Assembly (NCBI GenBank): GCA_002633005.1
Contig: NMRA01000031.1
Location: forward strand, 1,551,428-1,615,427
DNA: 64,000 nucleotides
Direction of reading: 5' to 3'
Origin: Phoronis australis
Lineage: Eukaryota; Animalia; Phoronida
Within the stretch, counting starts at the first letter, position 1; each line of letters begins with the position of its first letter. The position numbers were made by a program, and so were the translations under genes. The notes under the pieces were generated by a model. That model saw only the letters and a list, made by a program, of their open reading frames with translations. It was not told the origin of the DNA and did no database searches. Shown here piece after piece: positions 39,139 to 52,670 of this stretch.

Positions 39139-39863
39139 CATTAATACTGAATGCGCTGTCTGTCCTGTCTGCCGTTTCTTTTGATTACGCGACTATTTTT
39201 GTTTTCAAAACGATGTCTGTCCATGTATATCGTTTTCGAAATCTCTATAAAACGTATGTACTCACGTCTCATGATGGTATCCCAAGAGTGGGTGTGGTTG
39301 TATGTTGACGAAAACCCTTTCAGGAATTAGTTACGTTTTTAAAAGAAAATGGAGTAATGAGACTTGATATTTTGACCCAAAATGATCCCAGAGGTAACTT
39401 TTGAACGTTGAACGTTCAATCCGATTGTTTTGAAAGTTTAATGTGAACTGCAGAAAATAAACCCATGGGATAATTTTGATGACGAAATTACATCGTGAAT
39501 GTGCAAGAGTGAAAGCTCTATTTCTTTGCGTCTTACTGTGTCATGCAGTTATGGGAGTCTCTAGATTTGATTTAAGTTGGTACATGTACGATCATAGATC
39601 GTGAAATAAGGCCAGTTACCACTTTCTAATAAAGCGCTTCATTCTCATTTTACTTTGTTTGAAATTAACCATTGTTACATGCAAATGTAACGTTTCCAGT
39701 CAAGAATTTAATTAATGACCAACCATCGCCTGAAAAAGCAACCCACCATTACAAAGTTTATGTATTACCTCTCTGAAAGGGATTATGTGCATATTTAATT
39801 CAAATTCGCTTTGTAAAGTACACTTGTAAAAAGCAAACATTGTCGTAACATACAACATAGAAC

Positions 39864-42800
39864 TAAGCAGTGTAGTACAATAGGAGGGCTCCACTCCGTC
39901 ATCTTGCCATTAGCGGCAAGGGTTCTCGGTCGAAAAACTAGCACCCCATGCGGCGAAAACTAACCGAGTCCGAACCATGTAAATACTGATAACTTCACAC
40001 TTCAATGACGTTTAACGTGCAATGAAATTACTGTGTGATTGTTAAATACTAGAACAAGATGTACCAAATTCTTAACGACCGAAGTCGAATATTTCATCTT
40101 CTGAACAAGATACGTGTATATGCGTAGCTGTATTCGACCTGTGCAGGTGATTGATGCGTCTATGCTACATGTAGGCTTATGCGCACTTTGTTCATCTGTT
40201 TCGTTGTTTCTTTATTCCCATTAAGCTTAATTTAAAAGAAAAATCAAATACTAGGGTCCCTATCTTACCAAAATCTCACAATATGTAGCCACGTGCAAAA
40301 ATTCATTACCAACAAAGTAATATGGATTGATTTCGCGACTTGTTGTTGAGTTTTTGCGACTCAATACGTACATGGATAAAGATTAAAGGAAAACCACATG
40401 TGTGACTTATAAGCAAATATGAATGACAGATACATACTTAGTCCTCATCCACATCTGGTCGTCGTTCACAGTCTTCAACGTGTACCTGTTTGCTCGGGTA
40501 CCGTGTGTAGCAGATATCCCGTGCTTCACAAGTGCAATACTCTGTGCAGGACAGGTCAGCGCCATTGCAACTACGTGTACAGGGTGTGTCGCTACATGCA
40601 TTTTCTTCTACAATGCCGCTACTACGTCTAGTAGCGCGTCGTGTGCGACATGTGCTGTTAAAATAGTTGGTGTTACTAAAGAGCTGTTGACTTTTCGGCC
40701 AAGGATGGCAATACACATGGTATCCTCTGGTTGATCCCTGCAGTCAGCACCCTTCCATAACAGCATCTGAAGGTGTACTCGGAGTACCTGCACACATTGG
40801 CATCTGTTGATGGAATTTTCTTTAGTGGTGGGGGCTTTTTTCGCCCACGGTAGAACTTGGTACGGGCATAATTCATTGTTTGAAAACTATTATGTCCATG
40901 CAGAGCTAAGAAGAATACATACGCAGTTTCTGAAAGCTCAGCGTTGGTCTCGCCAGACTCTCCCAATACCTGACCGAGGCCTGGAATGTTAAGTTCAAGT
41001 ACTTTGAGGGCTGTCAACTTTCCTTTTCCAAAGGCATAGGACAATTTGTCGCAGCCGGACATAGCATGAATAACTAGGTGTTGGCTGCAATATCTGTGGA
41101 GTAATCTCTGAACCGTTTCATTTATGTCCAATATATCACCATTCCACTTTATCATTTGAATCTCTTGATCAACAGCACAAAGACATCGGCGTTGTCAATG
41201 AGCAATTCGGATGGTGTGGACAGCTTTTTCCACCGCTTTTAACACGTGTGACGTGTGTTTCAACATCGGTAACTACACAGTTGGTTTGGTTGACCAGCTC
41301 GATGTTACGTGAAAGATCGATGAGCAGATCCTTGTTCTTGGTATTGTTCATAATTTGTTCTCGGCACTGTAGGATGGTGTTTCCTTAGCCTGTGCTTGTC
41401 TTAACCTCTCATGATCTTTTGCACAGGGATTTTCTTGGTCATATCTGTCATACAAAAATATTTTCTTTGAAGTAGGTGGAAGGTGGGCTAGTCGTGTACC
41501 AAAACTTACCGCCAAATCTCCTGTAGTTCTGGAGACTGGTCAGACGACTTCATATCAAGCTGGTCAGCATTCAACGCCACGGCTGGAGCAGACTGATTTG
41601 CAACAGACTAGCCAAGAGACATGACCAGGATGACCTTATCACCCTTCCCCAGGCAACCGTATTCATCAATCAGGGCTGTAGATACTGGACTTCGCTTGTA
41701 CTGAAAAACATCGGATATGTCAATGCTGCGTTGGTGCCTCACATCTAACAGCTTCGATAAATCTCAAGTAGTCACGTATGCTGGAAATTGCTGAGTGTGT
41801 AGTTTCTAATGACATTAATTTTGTGTCATATTTCTTCTTGTCAGTTTTTACCCACATCGGCACAAAGCTGTATATTAAGTATACTGCTTTGTACGTACTA
41901 AGGCTAGAAGATAGGTATTTGGAGTTAGCAGAACTTCCTCAGCCTTTAGTCGTCTTGACCTCTCGTGATCCTTTGCACAGGAATTTTCTTGGTCATATCT
42001 GTCGAACAGAACCATTTTTGTTGAAGTGGGTAGATAGTGGGCTAGTCCTGTACCAAAACTTGCCGCCAAATCTGTAGTTTCGGAGACTGTTCAGACAACG
42101 TGATACAGAAGCTGGCCAGCATTCAACACCTCGTCTGAAGCAGAATGATTTGCAACAGATAGGCCAAGAGACATGACCAGGTTGGCCTTATCATCCTTTC
42201 TCAGGCAACCGTATTTATCAATGAGGGTTATAGGCACTGGACTTCGCTTGTACTGAAAGACATCGGCTATGTCATAGCTGCGTTGCTGCCCCACAACTAA
42301 CAGACGACTTAATAGCGTCTTAATGTCGTAAATGGCCTTCCACTTGACAGTGACCTGCTTCTTCATTGTCTTGGCTTTTTTCTTGATTGGTTTATGAAAT
42401 TCAATGCTTAGCGAAGCGTTGAACTTACAACTCTCCTTACTCCCGATTAACAATACATCCTGGACATTCACTATGTCTATAGCTACTTGACCATTGCAGA
42501 TGCTGTAAAGACACGGATGTCCGTCAGTGACGGGGGTCTGCGCTTCGTTAGCTCATCTGCAGTCTTTCTCCAATCTTATTCGTGCAGTTTCTTTCTTCCT
42601 TCTGCTTCCTGCTCGTGCTCAGCCATTTCTTCATGCACTACTATGTGTAGCTTCTTCCCTCCCTCCAGTTTCCTTTTAGGCTCTCCATGTGCTCCATTGC
42701 AATGTCAAGGTGAGCACACACATTGAAACTGTTCACCCACACAGCCACTTGCTTGGCACTTGTGGAGATGCCCTTCCTAACTCCAGCACCTTTCCCCGCT

Positions 42801-43882
42801 TGATGTATGTCTGCTCTACAAATTGATCAACTAGCACTGCAGTTCCGCCATCCAAGTATCGACAGACGTGAGCACCTTTCACGCAAACCTGCCTTGGCAT
42901 TGTCGGAAATGTGCTGCATCTGTTGAATATGCCAGCTCAGGTATGGTGCATATATGTGGTAACTTGCTGCGAAAAAATATGGCAACATCTGCTTTAGAGA
43001 ATGTTGTTGAATAAAGAAGTCACCATCCCACTCTCCACACAGAAACATCAGAGACAGCAGTGTTGGCTTAATAATCTCCCGGTCGGGCGTTCTCTAACCA
43101 TCTCCTGATTAGCACTCAACTTATTCTACACCTAAGTTCCATTTGAGTAGGTATTATGTACATGTAATAACACAGCTGTGATGAGACGGTAGGCCCGTAA
43201 AACATTTATCAAAGCATTTCCATTGACTATGCTGGTGACTCCAGCAAACGCCGAGAGTATGAGCATTTCCACCTCAGATACCTTGATCAATGTGTCAATA
43301 CAACCCAAGAAACTCATGGGCGTGTGAGTCATAGCAGCGTGAAACATGACGTTGCTCCAGCGAAGAGGGTCAGTCCACTATAATAATCATGCAGTTTGAT
43401 ACAATTGGAGGTCGACAGTGAGATGAATGAATGGCATTCAAAACCGTTAAAAGTGCGCTTAAGATACTCAAGTGTTGTCAATACTGTGTCGGATTGAGCA
43501 TGAGGTGAGTCGATCATCGGTCCGAAGATGTAAAAAGTCTTGGGCTTCTGGGTCACCAGTCGGTCTTGCTTAGCATTAAAACCGGCCCACTCAAGTGGTC
43601 TCATTGACGCTGCTGACTGAACATGACTGCCTGGAGCTGTAATTCGTCAGCGGAGACGCATTTCGCTGGAAGCATGGGAGGTTTCACTTTTGAAGATCCC
43701 GTGTGGTGTTCCAGTGGTAATCGTCATTAAAGTATGAATTTATCAGTGTTTACATGGTTCGGACTCCGGCGCTAAAATATTGTTGCTTATTCGCCGCTTG
43801 GGGCGCTAGTTTTTCGACTGATAACCATTGCGGCTAATGGCAAGATGGCGAAGTGGATATTCTTACTTTAGTACACTCCCTA
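39864..43882 (-). mobile_element. Academ transposon with both TIRs and a decayed transposase (DDE, XPG-like and Cys-rich regions)
   Basis: ~160-bp inverted repeats (39864-40030 vs 43720-43882); fragments WAGFNA..GPMIDSP, MSFLGCI, QMLPYFFAA, FDRYDQ, HAMSGCD..FGKGK, C-rich tail; no TSD seen. Confidence 0.88.
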
Positions 43883-44122
43883 CTTTCAAGTGTTGCTATT
43901 TTTCCTACTGTCTACTACTTTTTGGCCTGTTCCAAACTTTTCCTACCATATCTGAAATTCCTAATTCATACTTTTTCCTACTTTTTGCTCAGATAGCTCT
44001 AACATTTCCGTATACGTTATGTTTTTGGAGTAGTGAGTAGTCGTTTAAGGTTGTCAGGAGCAGCACCGACACGAAGGACTTCCTCCAGTACATGCCGTGC
44101 TGACCAAAAGACTATGTACATG

Positions 44123-45281
44123 TAGTTGGAGAGCCAGCAAGACTTACATCATACTTATGAGTGCAAAAGCTTTGAGTTCGTAATTCTATTGTAAATCACC
44201 TACATGTACCATTGAACGAAAGGGGCGTCTTAAGTTGCACACTACTAGGCTCTGGTCCCTGGCGAGTCCAATAATGCCCAAAAATCCATTTCATCAAAAT
44301 TTCGATTGCAACATCCATTTCAAGTTTATTTCATTCAAATCAGCACTCAAATTAAAATTGTGCAACATAAGACGTGGAAATGCTTGGTGTTATTAAGTAA
44401 GACTCCTACTAATTAACGAGCAATTAATGATTTGTTTCGAATCAGTTTGTAAGTGCAACGAAAACGTTTTCCAAGAGATAGTTTAGTAACTCTCAACACC
44501 ATATCCACAACTTAAGACGTAGTTTTTGTTGGGGTTTGCAAATGAGACGGGGGTGTTTTAACCATAAGGGATAACAAACCCCCAAAAATGAACTTGTATA
44601 GAAGAGGAAATACGACACTTTTGATTTCTGTTGTGGATAAACCATTATTTGAGATTAAGAAAAATGCAACTTAAGACGTAAAAATCCTTGTGTTATTAAT
44701 TAAGACACTTAATAATTAACGATCAGTTGACGATTTATTTAAACTTTTTGAGTGCAACAAGAAATTTCACAAAAGTGGCATAGCAACCTTGGACACCACA
44801 TCCAGAACTTAAGACGCAATTTTCCTGGGGTTTGTGGGTGAAACAAAATCGAACCCGAGGGACAATAAGACCCTGTTCGGCAACTTGTTACAGAAGGAGC
44901 TAACCAGAAGAGAGATCAATCTTCAAGTGACAACTCGAGAAGGAGTCATTCCAAGGAGAGCTGAAATAATAGTAATCAAAATTGTCCTATTTCCTCGTTT
45001 ATACGAGTTTATTTTGGGGGTCTTTTTATCACTTGAGGCCAAAACACCCCCGCCTTAATTTGAGTGGTGATTTGATTGAAATAAACTTGAAACAGATGTT
45101 GCTCTCGAAATTTTATTTTAATGGATTTTGGGTCCCATTTTGAACCCCAGAGGGACCAAAGCCCAGGATTGTGTAATTAAGACGCCCCTTTCCTTCATTG
45201 GTAAGTGATATGCAGTAGAATTACGCAGTCAAAACTTTTGCACTCAAAAATGTGAATAAAGTTCTGCTGCCTCTCTAACTA
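44123..45281. mobile_element. Academ-type non-autonomous element (TAG..CTA, ATG TSD)
   Basis: TAGTTGGAGAG / CTCTCTAACTA termini, ~230-bp imperfect TIRs, ATG at 44120-22 and 45282-84; internal direct repeat ~44360-44590 / ~44660-44890. Confidence 0.85.
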
Positions 45282-47494
45282 ATGGTGAGTACTGCCTGTG
45301 ACATAAGGTGAATGTCATTGGTAAGTATCGATGAAAACTACTCATGAACGCCTGCTACTCTTCCTTCTTTTTGCCACTTTCACTGCAAAATTCCTACTTT
45401 TCCATACTTTTTCGAAAATGTATCATTCTTGTTTCCTACTCTTTTGTCTAAAAGTGCTTGAAAGCCTGAAGTTCGAACAGCGGGAACAATGGTGAAGGGC
45501 ACCTTTTGCAGCGAAATATATTACACAAAATCCCCAGAAATGGTCAGGCTGTAACTTACCTGGAATATTTACTGTTATTGAGGAACAGTGGGTATATGAA
45601 AATAAGATTTGGTCTTGTCATCCAATACTTTTTTACTTCAGTTTTGTATGAAGTTGAGTGGGTACATACTATCTGGATTGTTGCTCAGTACCTCTTAAAA
45701 TATTTTGTCATGACATTTTCCAACTATGATTAGTCATGAGTTCTTGCAATGTTAATACGTTTTATAAATTGTAAGCCTTTCTACAGATTAGCAATTGACT
45801 TGTAACTATTGGTGATTGTAGTGGGGGAGTGGGGAATTTACACTGTAGTGGCATGTCACAAAGAAATAACGGAATGTTCTAAATTATGTGTGAAAGTGCA
45901 TCAGAATGGATTAGAATGTTGTGGTAGTGATGAATTGCCTTGTTTTCTTCTTCTCACTTGTGTAACATCTACTGCACAAAACAATTGTGTGCATTACTAC
46001 TAGTCTAGCTGCCGGCCCAATAGCCTCCGTAGTGAACCCTGCAATGTTGATTACTGTAATTTTCTGTTAAAATATAGTAAATGTGATCTGGAGAACAAAA
46101 TTAGCTTGGTTGCACTTCGCAATTCAATATGGCGGAATCATCCATCTTGAATTTCAGCCCATTTTTTGAATTTTCAGATCTGTGTCATACAGGGCCATGT
46201 AATACATCATTTTTACCATATTGTATGATGCTGAGTCCATTTGTGATATCAATTTCTTGATACAGGGTGGATTTCACCTTTTTTGTACACACAGACTTTT
46301 AGGTAGTTTCTTAAAAGAGGCTGATACTGATTACAATGTGCCAAAACTATTTGGAGACTGCAACTGACTTTGTCTTCTCTTCCAGCTGTCTAGTTTTCTA
46401 CATTCGGCCGTCTGTTTCATAAAAAGTAATGTAAGATTTAAGTGAGAAATTGGTGTTACGCTCCACATAGCTATTTCAGAAAATAGTTAAATCTCACTTA
46501 AGCAAAAATACATAATCTTTGAGAAATACGATAACTTCCAATAACAGATGATTTATATATTGCTTGACAAAACCTTTCATAAATAGAAGTAATACAAAAT
46601 TACACGTGCCTAAAGCCATTGTCAAATTTCATTGTTTGATGGCATCATCACACGTACGCGCTAGGCGACATAATTTTGTGTGATAATATACATTGTATAA
46701 ATTTTGTTTATATCATGAAATGATTACAAAATATAGTATAGCTGAGTTGACACCAAACTTGAGAATTGTTCAAGAAGGTGGTGTTGCTTAAGGATGGCCT
46801 GGTTTTACTAGTTTGGGTAAGTATGCTACATAGTTGCTTGGCGTGTAATATTACATCTTGAATTTTGTTACTGAAAACCTCAAAATTGTGCTCAGATTAA
46901 TAATGAAATATGCCAAAACATAGAGTGAATTTTGTTGAGAAATAATTTTGAGTGTTATCGTGAAGTTGAAATACCTACAGTGGTTCATTAATAAGTTTCC
47001 ACCATGACTCTGGATAAAAATAAATAACGAGCAAACTGCTTCCATTGTAGAACAAGTGCTACGACACGGAGGCTTATGCATTGTGTTTAGATCGGGGTCA
47101 CCATGGCAATAATGAAGACATGTACGAGTGGCCCAGGTTTACTGTGGCCTTTGTCAGTAATTATTATGTGCCACTTTTGTGAATATTGACCACCCCTTGG
47201 TCCAGTTGGTTGTGGCTCACATATATCTGCAGTCTTTACGTGTAAGTGGCTTGAGTTCACCCGGCCTTAAAACTTTAAACTAATTTTTGTTTAAAGTTAA
47301 AAAATTCGTAACCATTTGACATAAAAAGTGCTTATTTAGTTAAATTTCATGGTATGCATTTCAAATTAGTTAAATGAAACCTCAAAAACTTAGAAAATGC
47401 ATGGTGCAAACTAGACTTTGATCACCACGGGAAGGATTCATGTTTTAAAAACTTACGGTTTGTCTAAGTTGAAGTTACAAAAAATAGGATTGTA

Positions 47495-47725
47495 GAAATA
47501 GATAAATCAATTAGAGATTTTATTTGGTGCGGTAAACTACCAAGAATAAAGGAATCTGTCACTGTACTTCCATATGAAGAAGGAGGGTTAAAATATCCTA
47601 AGGTGGAAATAATTAAAAATAGTCTCATGTTCAGTTGGGTCAAACATTTAAACTCAGGAAGAAATGGTAGTTGGAAAATTTATCCTAAGTCTCTTTTAAC
47701 TAACTTGAGTGGTGACCTTTTTTCT
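47495..47725 (+). pseudogene. L1/Tx1-clade non-LTR retrotransposon ORF2 fragment
   Basis: Translates as IRDFIWCGKLPRIKESVTVLPYEEGGLKYP..FSWVKHL, the post-RT FIW.GK.PRI..GGL motif. Confidence 0.8.
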
Positions 47726-48619
47726 GTTCAAACTTCCGTTTAAGAACTTTGAAATTTTCAACTAACAATTCCTTTTATACATACTTTTGCACAGAAACAC
47801 GACAATTATATACGGTTAAGTAATTATTATAATGAAAAAGAAATCAGAGAAACTTATTTTTTACCCTTTAGCCTTCCCATGAATCCAGAATTAAAGAACG
47901 TCAGATACCTCCTTACCCACAAAAAGATATTTACAAATATCATTTAATCCAAAATAGGGGTGGTCCAAACGGATAAGTGCCCCAATTATGATGAGTTACA
48001 GATTTTACTTCATATGTTTTATTATTGCACCTGTGTCGGGACTTTCTGGGAATCAGTGCAAGCACTCTTAAATAAGGCCCTAAACGCTCAGTATATGTTG
48101 ACAATTCGGGACATAGATTTCGTTCACTGAAAACTTTAATCAAAATCGTAAATTAATTTGCAATACCATTAATACACTTGCACGTTATTTATCAGACAAC
48201 AAAAGTAGTCCTTTTTAACGATTTCAAACTTTTATGAACGCAATTTTAACAGATACCTCGGACACAAATGTGGATTAATGGAGAGGTCTGCACGCATGCT
48301 TTTAATTATTATTCTATGAATGAATGAAGTTCTACTGTTATTATTAATTTCATACATATGTACTTTTATAGCACATTATTACATCACATATCACTTCAAC
48401 ACAGCTCGAGTGTGTGTAGGACTGGCACGTGAAAGTCCTTCCCCCGGTCCCCATTCCCCGTTTCAGTTGCATTTATTGGTTAAGATTATAATGTTACATA
48501 CTTTTATTCAAGTCAGATCTGAGGCGCCCAACCTCAGACTGGTTTTATCATTGTCTGGGCAATAAATATAATAAAAAAAGGTGCGAAATCTTCAATAGTT
48601 TGACCGCATATGAACCCAG

Positions 48620-48745
48620 CCTCCCGTTCAGTAACGCTAGGACCTCGCTAAAAAGCAAGACTTTGCGAGATTACGTGAGATATTGCCGTGTATTTTAAAT
48701 GAGCACACGTGACTAGCGTAGGTCCTAGCGTTACTGAACGAACGC
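48620..48745. mobile_element. ~150-bp MITE family, copy 2 (inverted, internally shorter)
   Basis: Reverse complement of 425-575; CAG TSD (48617-19, 48746-48). Confidence 0.9.
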
Positions 48746-48854
48746 CAGGTTCAAACAGCGCACACTTAGTTTGCAGTCGGGGATAGCTGCTATAGTTTTA
48801 CACTGTTTCATTGTTCGTAGACTTGGCTATGTGTAGTTACACATGTATTTATTG

Positions 48855-51029
48855 GACATTTATATCTTCTTTATTTGTACACATGGGCATCGGCCCAAAG
48901 CACAGCACACAAGCAAACAAGATCGTCAGTAATACACCAGGGCTGAGTTGCATAAAACTTTAAAAGTTATCCGCTGGATAAGTTTGATTGTTGCATGACG
49001 TCAGGTGCATTGTACAACAATAACAACGGACGCGTGATAGTGCTACGTCATTGTTGCTATAAGGCGTATAACTTTTATGCAACTGGGCCCAGCTGTTCCG
49101 TTTTTTAGATGCGTAGTATACATATTTCACAATTGAGATATCGGGATTACATAACAGTCTATGAAATTTAATCAAAGAGGGACTTGTCCAGATGCTCACA
49201 CTTATAAACTTAACTCTGATTTCGGAAAAAGCGTCGCAAACTAACAAAAAGTGATATTCATCCTCGACACAATTCTTCGAGCATAATGTACACACTCTGT
49301 CTTGATATATCACATTTAAGTGACGACAAGTTTCTACTGCCAGTCTGTGGTTTCCACATCGAAACCGTGTAAAACTTTCCACGAACACTCATTTAAGATT
49401 TTCAGTTTCTAAATAGTTTCCATGTTTAAGTACAACCTTAAAATTTTTGTGATAATTTAACTTAGAATTGGAATCAACATCGGACTGCCATCTTTGCAAA
49501 GCACAGTCCTTAACCCGAGAAAATATTTACAACTCTTAACACGCAGCTCCTTGGTTTACCCAAACATCATAGAAACCATACATGTACATTGACAATAAAT
49601 TGCGGACTGAGCTTGCCCAGTTACACATATGTCTACCATTTTCATCTATTCTGTACAACATGTTGTAAGCGGCCCTTGGATAACGTTCCTGTGGCATATT
49701 CAAAATTTTAAGCCGGCATTTAATACAGCTAACAAAGTATCTCGTAAACATAGGGTATCTGCCACAGTCACCCAATGCTGCAGCTTAAGAGCATAAACTG
49801 CCAAGTCCCATGGTACATTTACAAAATTTTAAAAGATTTTTTTTTTAAACACTCGATTCTTTAAAACCCCAAATCTCGGCACACCAGTTTATCAAATAAC
49901 TGAAAGGTAAGTGATGGGGGCATATCGCGACATCTGCACTGTTGTTTCAAAACACGTGATGCAGCTTTATTTGCTTTGCAAGAGAGAGTTTTTGTCGCTT
50001 TCGACCATGACAATTTAGGTGTGATAAAAACACCAAGATATTTATAACGAGACACAGCATCAACTTGCTGTTTGTTAAAAAAAAAATTCTCATAGTGTTT
50101 TAAGGGACCTCTATTTCTAAATGCAAGTATTATAGTTTTCTTTAAATTCAAAGCCATATCCATGAATCACAATAATCATTGAGACAATTCAACAAACGTT
50201 GCAAGTTAGACGCTGTTAGAGAGCACAAAAACCATGGCGTCTGCATATAATATTGAATTAATATTTGTAGCATGCTCATCTATGTAGATGGTATTTATGT
50301 CACAACATGAATTGAGTTTTTCTAAAATCTCATTGAGATACAAAACAAATAATAGAGGGCGTATCATACATCCTTGACGAGTACAAATAGTGCAATTAAA
50401 TAAGTCGGTTAAACCATCACGTGTTTTAACACATGATCTCAATACATTGATAGCATAATTGATAACATATTACCATGAACATCAATTTGCATAAGTCTAA
50501 GAAAAACTAAAATATGTGGTACTCTATCAAAAGCTTTTGAAAAATCAATAAATGCACAATAGAACCTGCCACCCTTTTTGCTTATGTGTTTCTGACATAT
50601 CGCATAAAAAGTAAATATATGATCCACTGTCGCGTAAGCCTTGCGGAACCCTGCTTGGGCTTCAAAAAGGTGTTCATTACTTTCGGCCTTGTTATGCAAT
50701 CGATTATTCAGTATTCTGATGAAGAGCTTCCCAATAGCCGACAGAAGCGAAATACCTCTATAATTATTCTCATCGTCCACGTTACCTTGTTTTAACAGCG
50801 GAATTGACATCGCATCACACCAAGCCTGGGGATAGAAGGTTGACTGGAAAGTTACATTGAACAACTTATGCAGAATCGGCAAGAAGAATGTTTTGGTACA
50901 TTTTAATATTTCGAAAGTAACTCCATCAATGCCAGCGGCCTTGCCATATGGGAGCTGATCAGTGTTCTGAATAATTTCATAACACCTAATGTCTGCCTTT
51001 AAATAATGTTTTATGTTGTGGGTACACAT
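48855..51029 (-). mobile_element. Decayed, 5'-truncated CR1/L2-group LINE (reverse transcriptase ORF2)
   Basis: GKAAGIDG, NYRGISLLS, QAGFR, FIDFSKAFDRV, RQGC..PLLF, LYAD, YKYLG and C-terminal HRLAVE..CTLC..EDEYHFLLVC; multiple stops and frameshifts; AATAAA near 48870. Confidence 0.93.
48941..49089. mobile_element. 149-bp Harbinger-type MITE (CAG TSD) in the LINE 3' end
   Basis: GGCTGAGTTGCATAAAA / TTTTATGCAACTGGGCC TIRs; CAG at 48938-40 and 49090-92. Confidence 0.85.
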
Positions 51030-51033
51030 TTAA

Positions 51034-52666
51034 AGGAGAATGCCACCCGATATATTAGTCTTTTTGCCGTCTTAATCGGTCTATATCCACATCGCCTCGC
51101 ATACGATCGACCTTATCTTGCCAAGAGGTGTCGCGTGAGGAAGGTGAGAAACTACGCTAGCGACGTCAGTGGTTCATATGCAGAGTGAATGCCGCTATGT
51201 TGCGGTGCATCGTTCCCGCTTGCCAGAGCTAAGCAGCTGCGAGGAAAGCGAGTATAACGTTTTTTTATTTCCTCGAGAGTCCGAAATGCTTAGGAAGTGA
51301 CTCATGGTAAGGAAGAATGAAATGTACGCTGTAAATAGCAAGTATGAGGCCGTGAAACATCTCCGTGTATGTGGCCTGCAGACGTCGACCGTGCCTAGCG
51401 ACGAATGCCGGCTTACCAAATAACTTCATACGTTCCGTTGTCTGAGCTTGTTCACGGCGCCTCTCTAGTATTTCTTAGTCACTGTATTCCTGTTCGAATT
51501 GATTGCCTGTAAAACTTGACCATCCACCTGCGCAGTCGGTACTGATGAGCTCTAGCTCGTCCTTAGTCGGGATTGCGAGTTGCCATGTTGGCGTTTATTA
51601 CTGAGCGTTCTGTTTCAAAATGAATTATTCTCACCCTAACCAATACTTATATAAAACTGAAATAAAGTCTGTCTCATTAGATGCAATTTGTAATGCCTTT
51701 GGAGTGTTCGCGAGTGCAAATGATTTGAGAAGCCAGTAATCAATAAATTACTGCGTTACCGGCTTTAGGTGCAATAAAGCTAATTGACGAGACACCTAGG
51801 CCGTGTGAGCTCATGCTAAGTTAGTGTTTGATGGCAGAAACTATTGTTAAACAACTCAGTTTCCATCCCACGGCCAGGTGTTAGGGGAATCTTTATTTAC
51901 ATTTACATTACTCAAATAATTATTGTCAATGTACAACTTCTGCCCTGACGGTGCTGTGGCCAAAGCGGCCCCCGTTAGTAGATTTGCAGTTTCGTGGCTA
52001 ATTCACCAACATAATCAGGTGCACATTACTTTGGCTCACTAGTAAAGTATTTTCTTGACTGGAGGTTTAGTTTCCACTGAACTTTGGCTGGTTCATGTTC
52101 GTGATGTCTGTCAGTTTCTGAGCCACTGGCGGGGATAACTTACGAGTCAATCCGACCGGCCGCGACGGGTCTGATCGTGCTCCGAGCCACTTGCCAGGCT
52201 AACAAGCGTTTTTTGTTTAGAACTAAAAAAATCACAATTCTAAACAACACAGATCCAGGTTCTCCTGTCTGTATATCACGGAAAATACTTCGAAATTATT
52301 CAGTCCGACCCCAAACTCCTGCTACGGACCTTATTGGCCTGCCGAACATTGTAGGCTACGGTGTGTCCAAATACCAATAAATCCGTAAGAGCGAAATAAG
52401 AATTCGGTGTGTTTTTAAGGGTTTTACATCGAAGTTTGATGATTTATTGGTGTTAAACGATGACTTCAAGCGATAAGCTGACACCAGTAACCCGTGTTGT
52501 GAACTGCTGAACAGACTGGGTGTGAAACCTATGACGTATTTGGATAATTTCAACACCTCCGTCTGCCGTCAGGTGTCAGGTAACGCAACTGTACGTGTCG
52601 TTATGGAGTAGAACTACTCGATCTAAATTGATACAAATTAGGCTGTTTTTTGGGTGGCATGCTCCT
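51034..52666. mobile_element. Kolobok-like non-autonomous element (TTAA TSD, AGG..CCT ends)
   Basis: AGGAGAATGCCACCC / GGGTGGCATGCTCCT TIRs flanked by TTAA (51030-33, 52667-70). Confidence 0.85.
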
Positions 52667-52670
52667 TTAA

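Larger units (their letters stand above)
34430..41790 (+). repeat. Segmental duplication, copy B
   Basis: Colinear with 19060-26006 plus 32515-32580; has private insertions at 34997 and ~36543 and lacks ~23260-24320. Confidence 0.95.

Noticed and set aside
43883-45468. hAT-like host element around the 44123 insertion (TCCTACTTTT repeats, right end GAAAGCCTG)
   Set aside because: Left terminus and TSD not identifiable; too incomplete to call
50439-51029. 196-aa reverse transcriptase ORF as a retron/DGR or functional RT gene
   Set aside because: Motifs and C-terminal domain are those of a non-LTR retrotransposon with many stops and frameshifts
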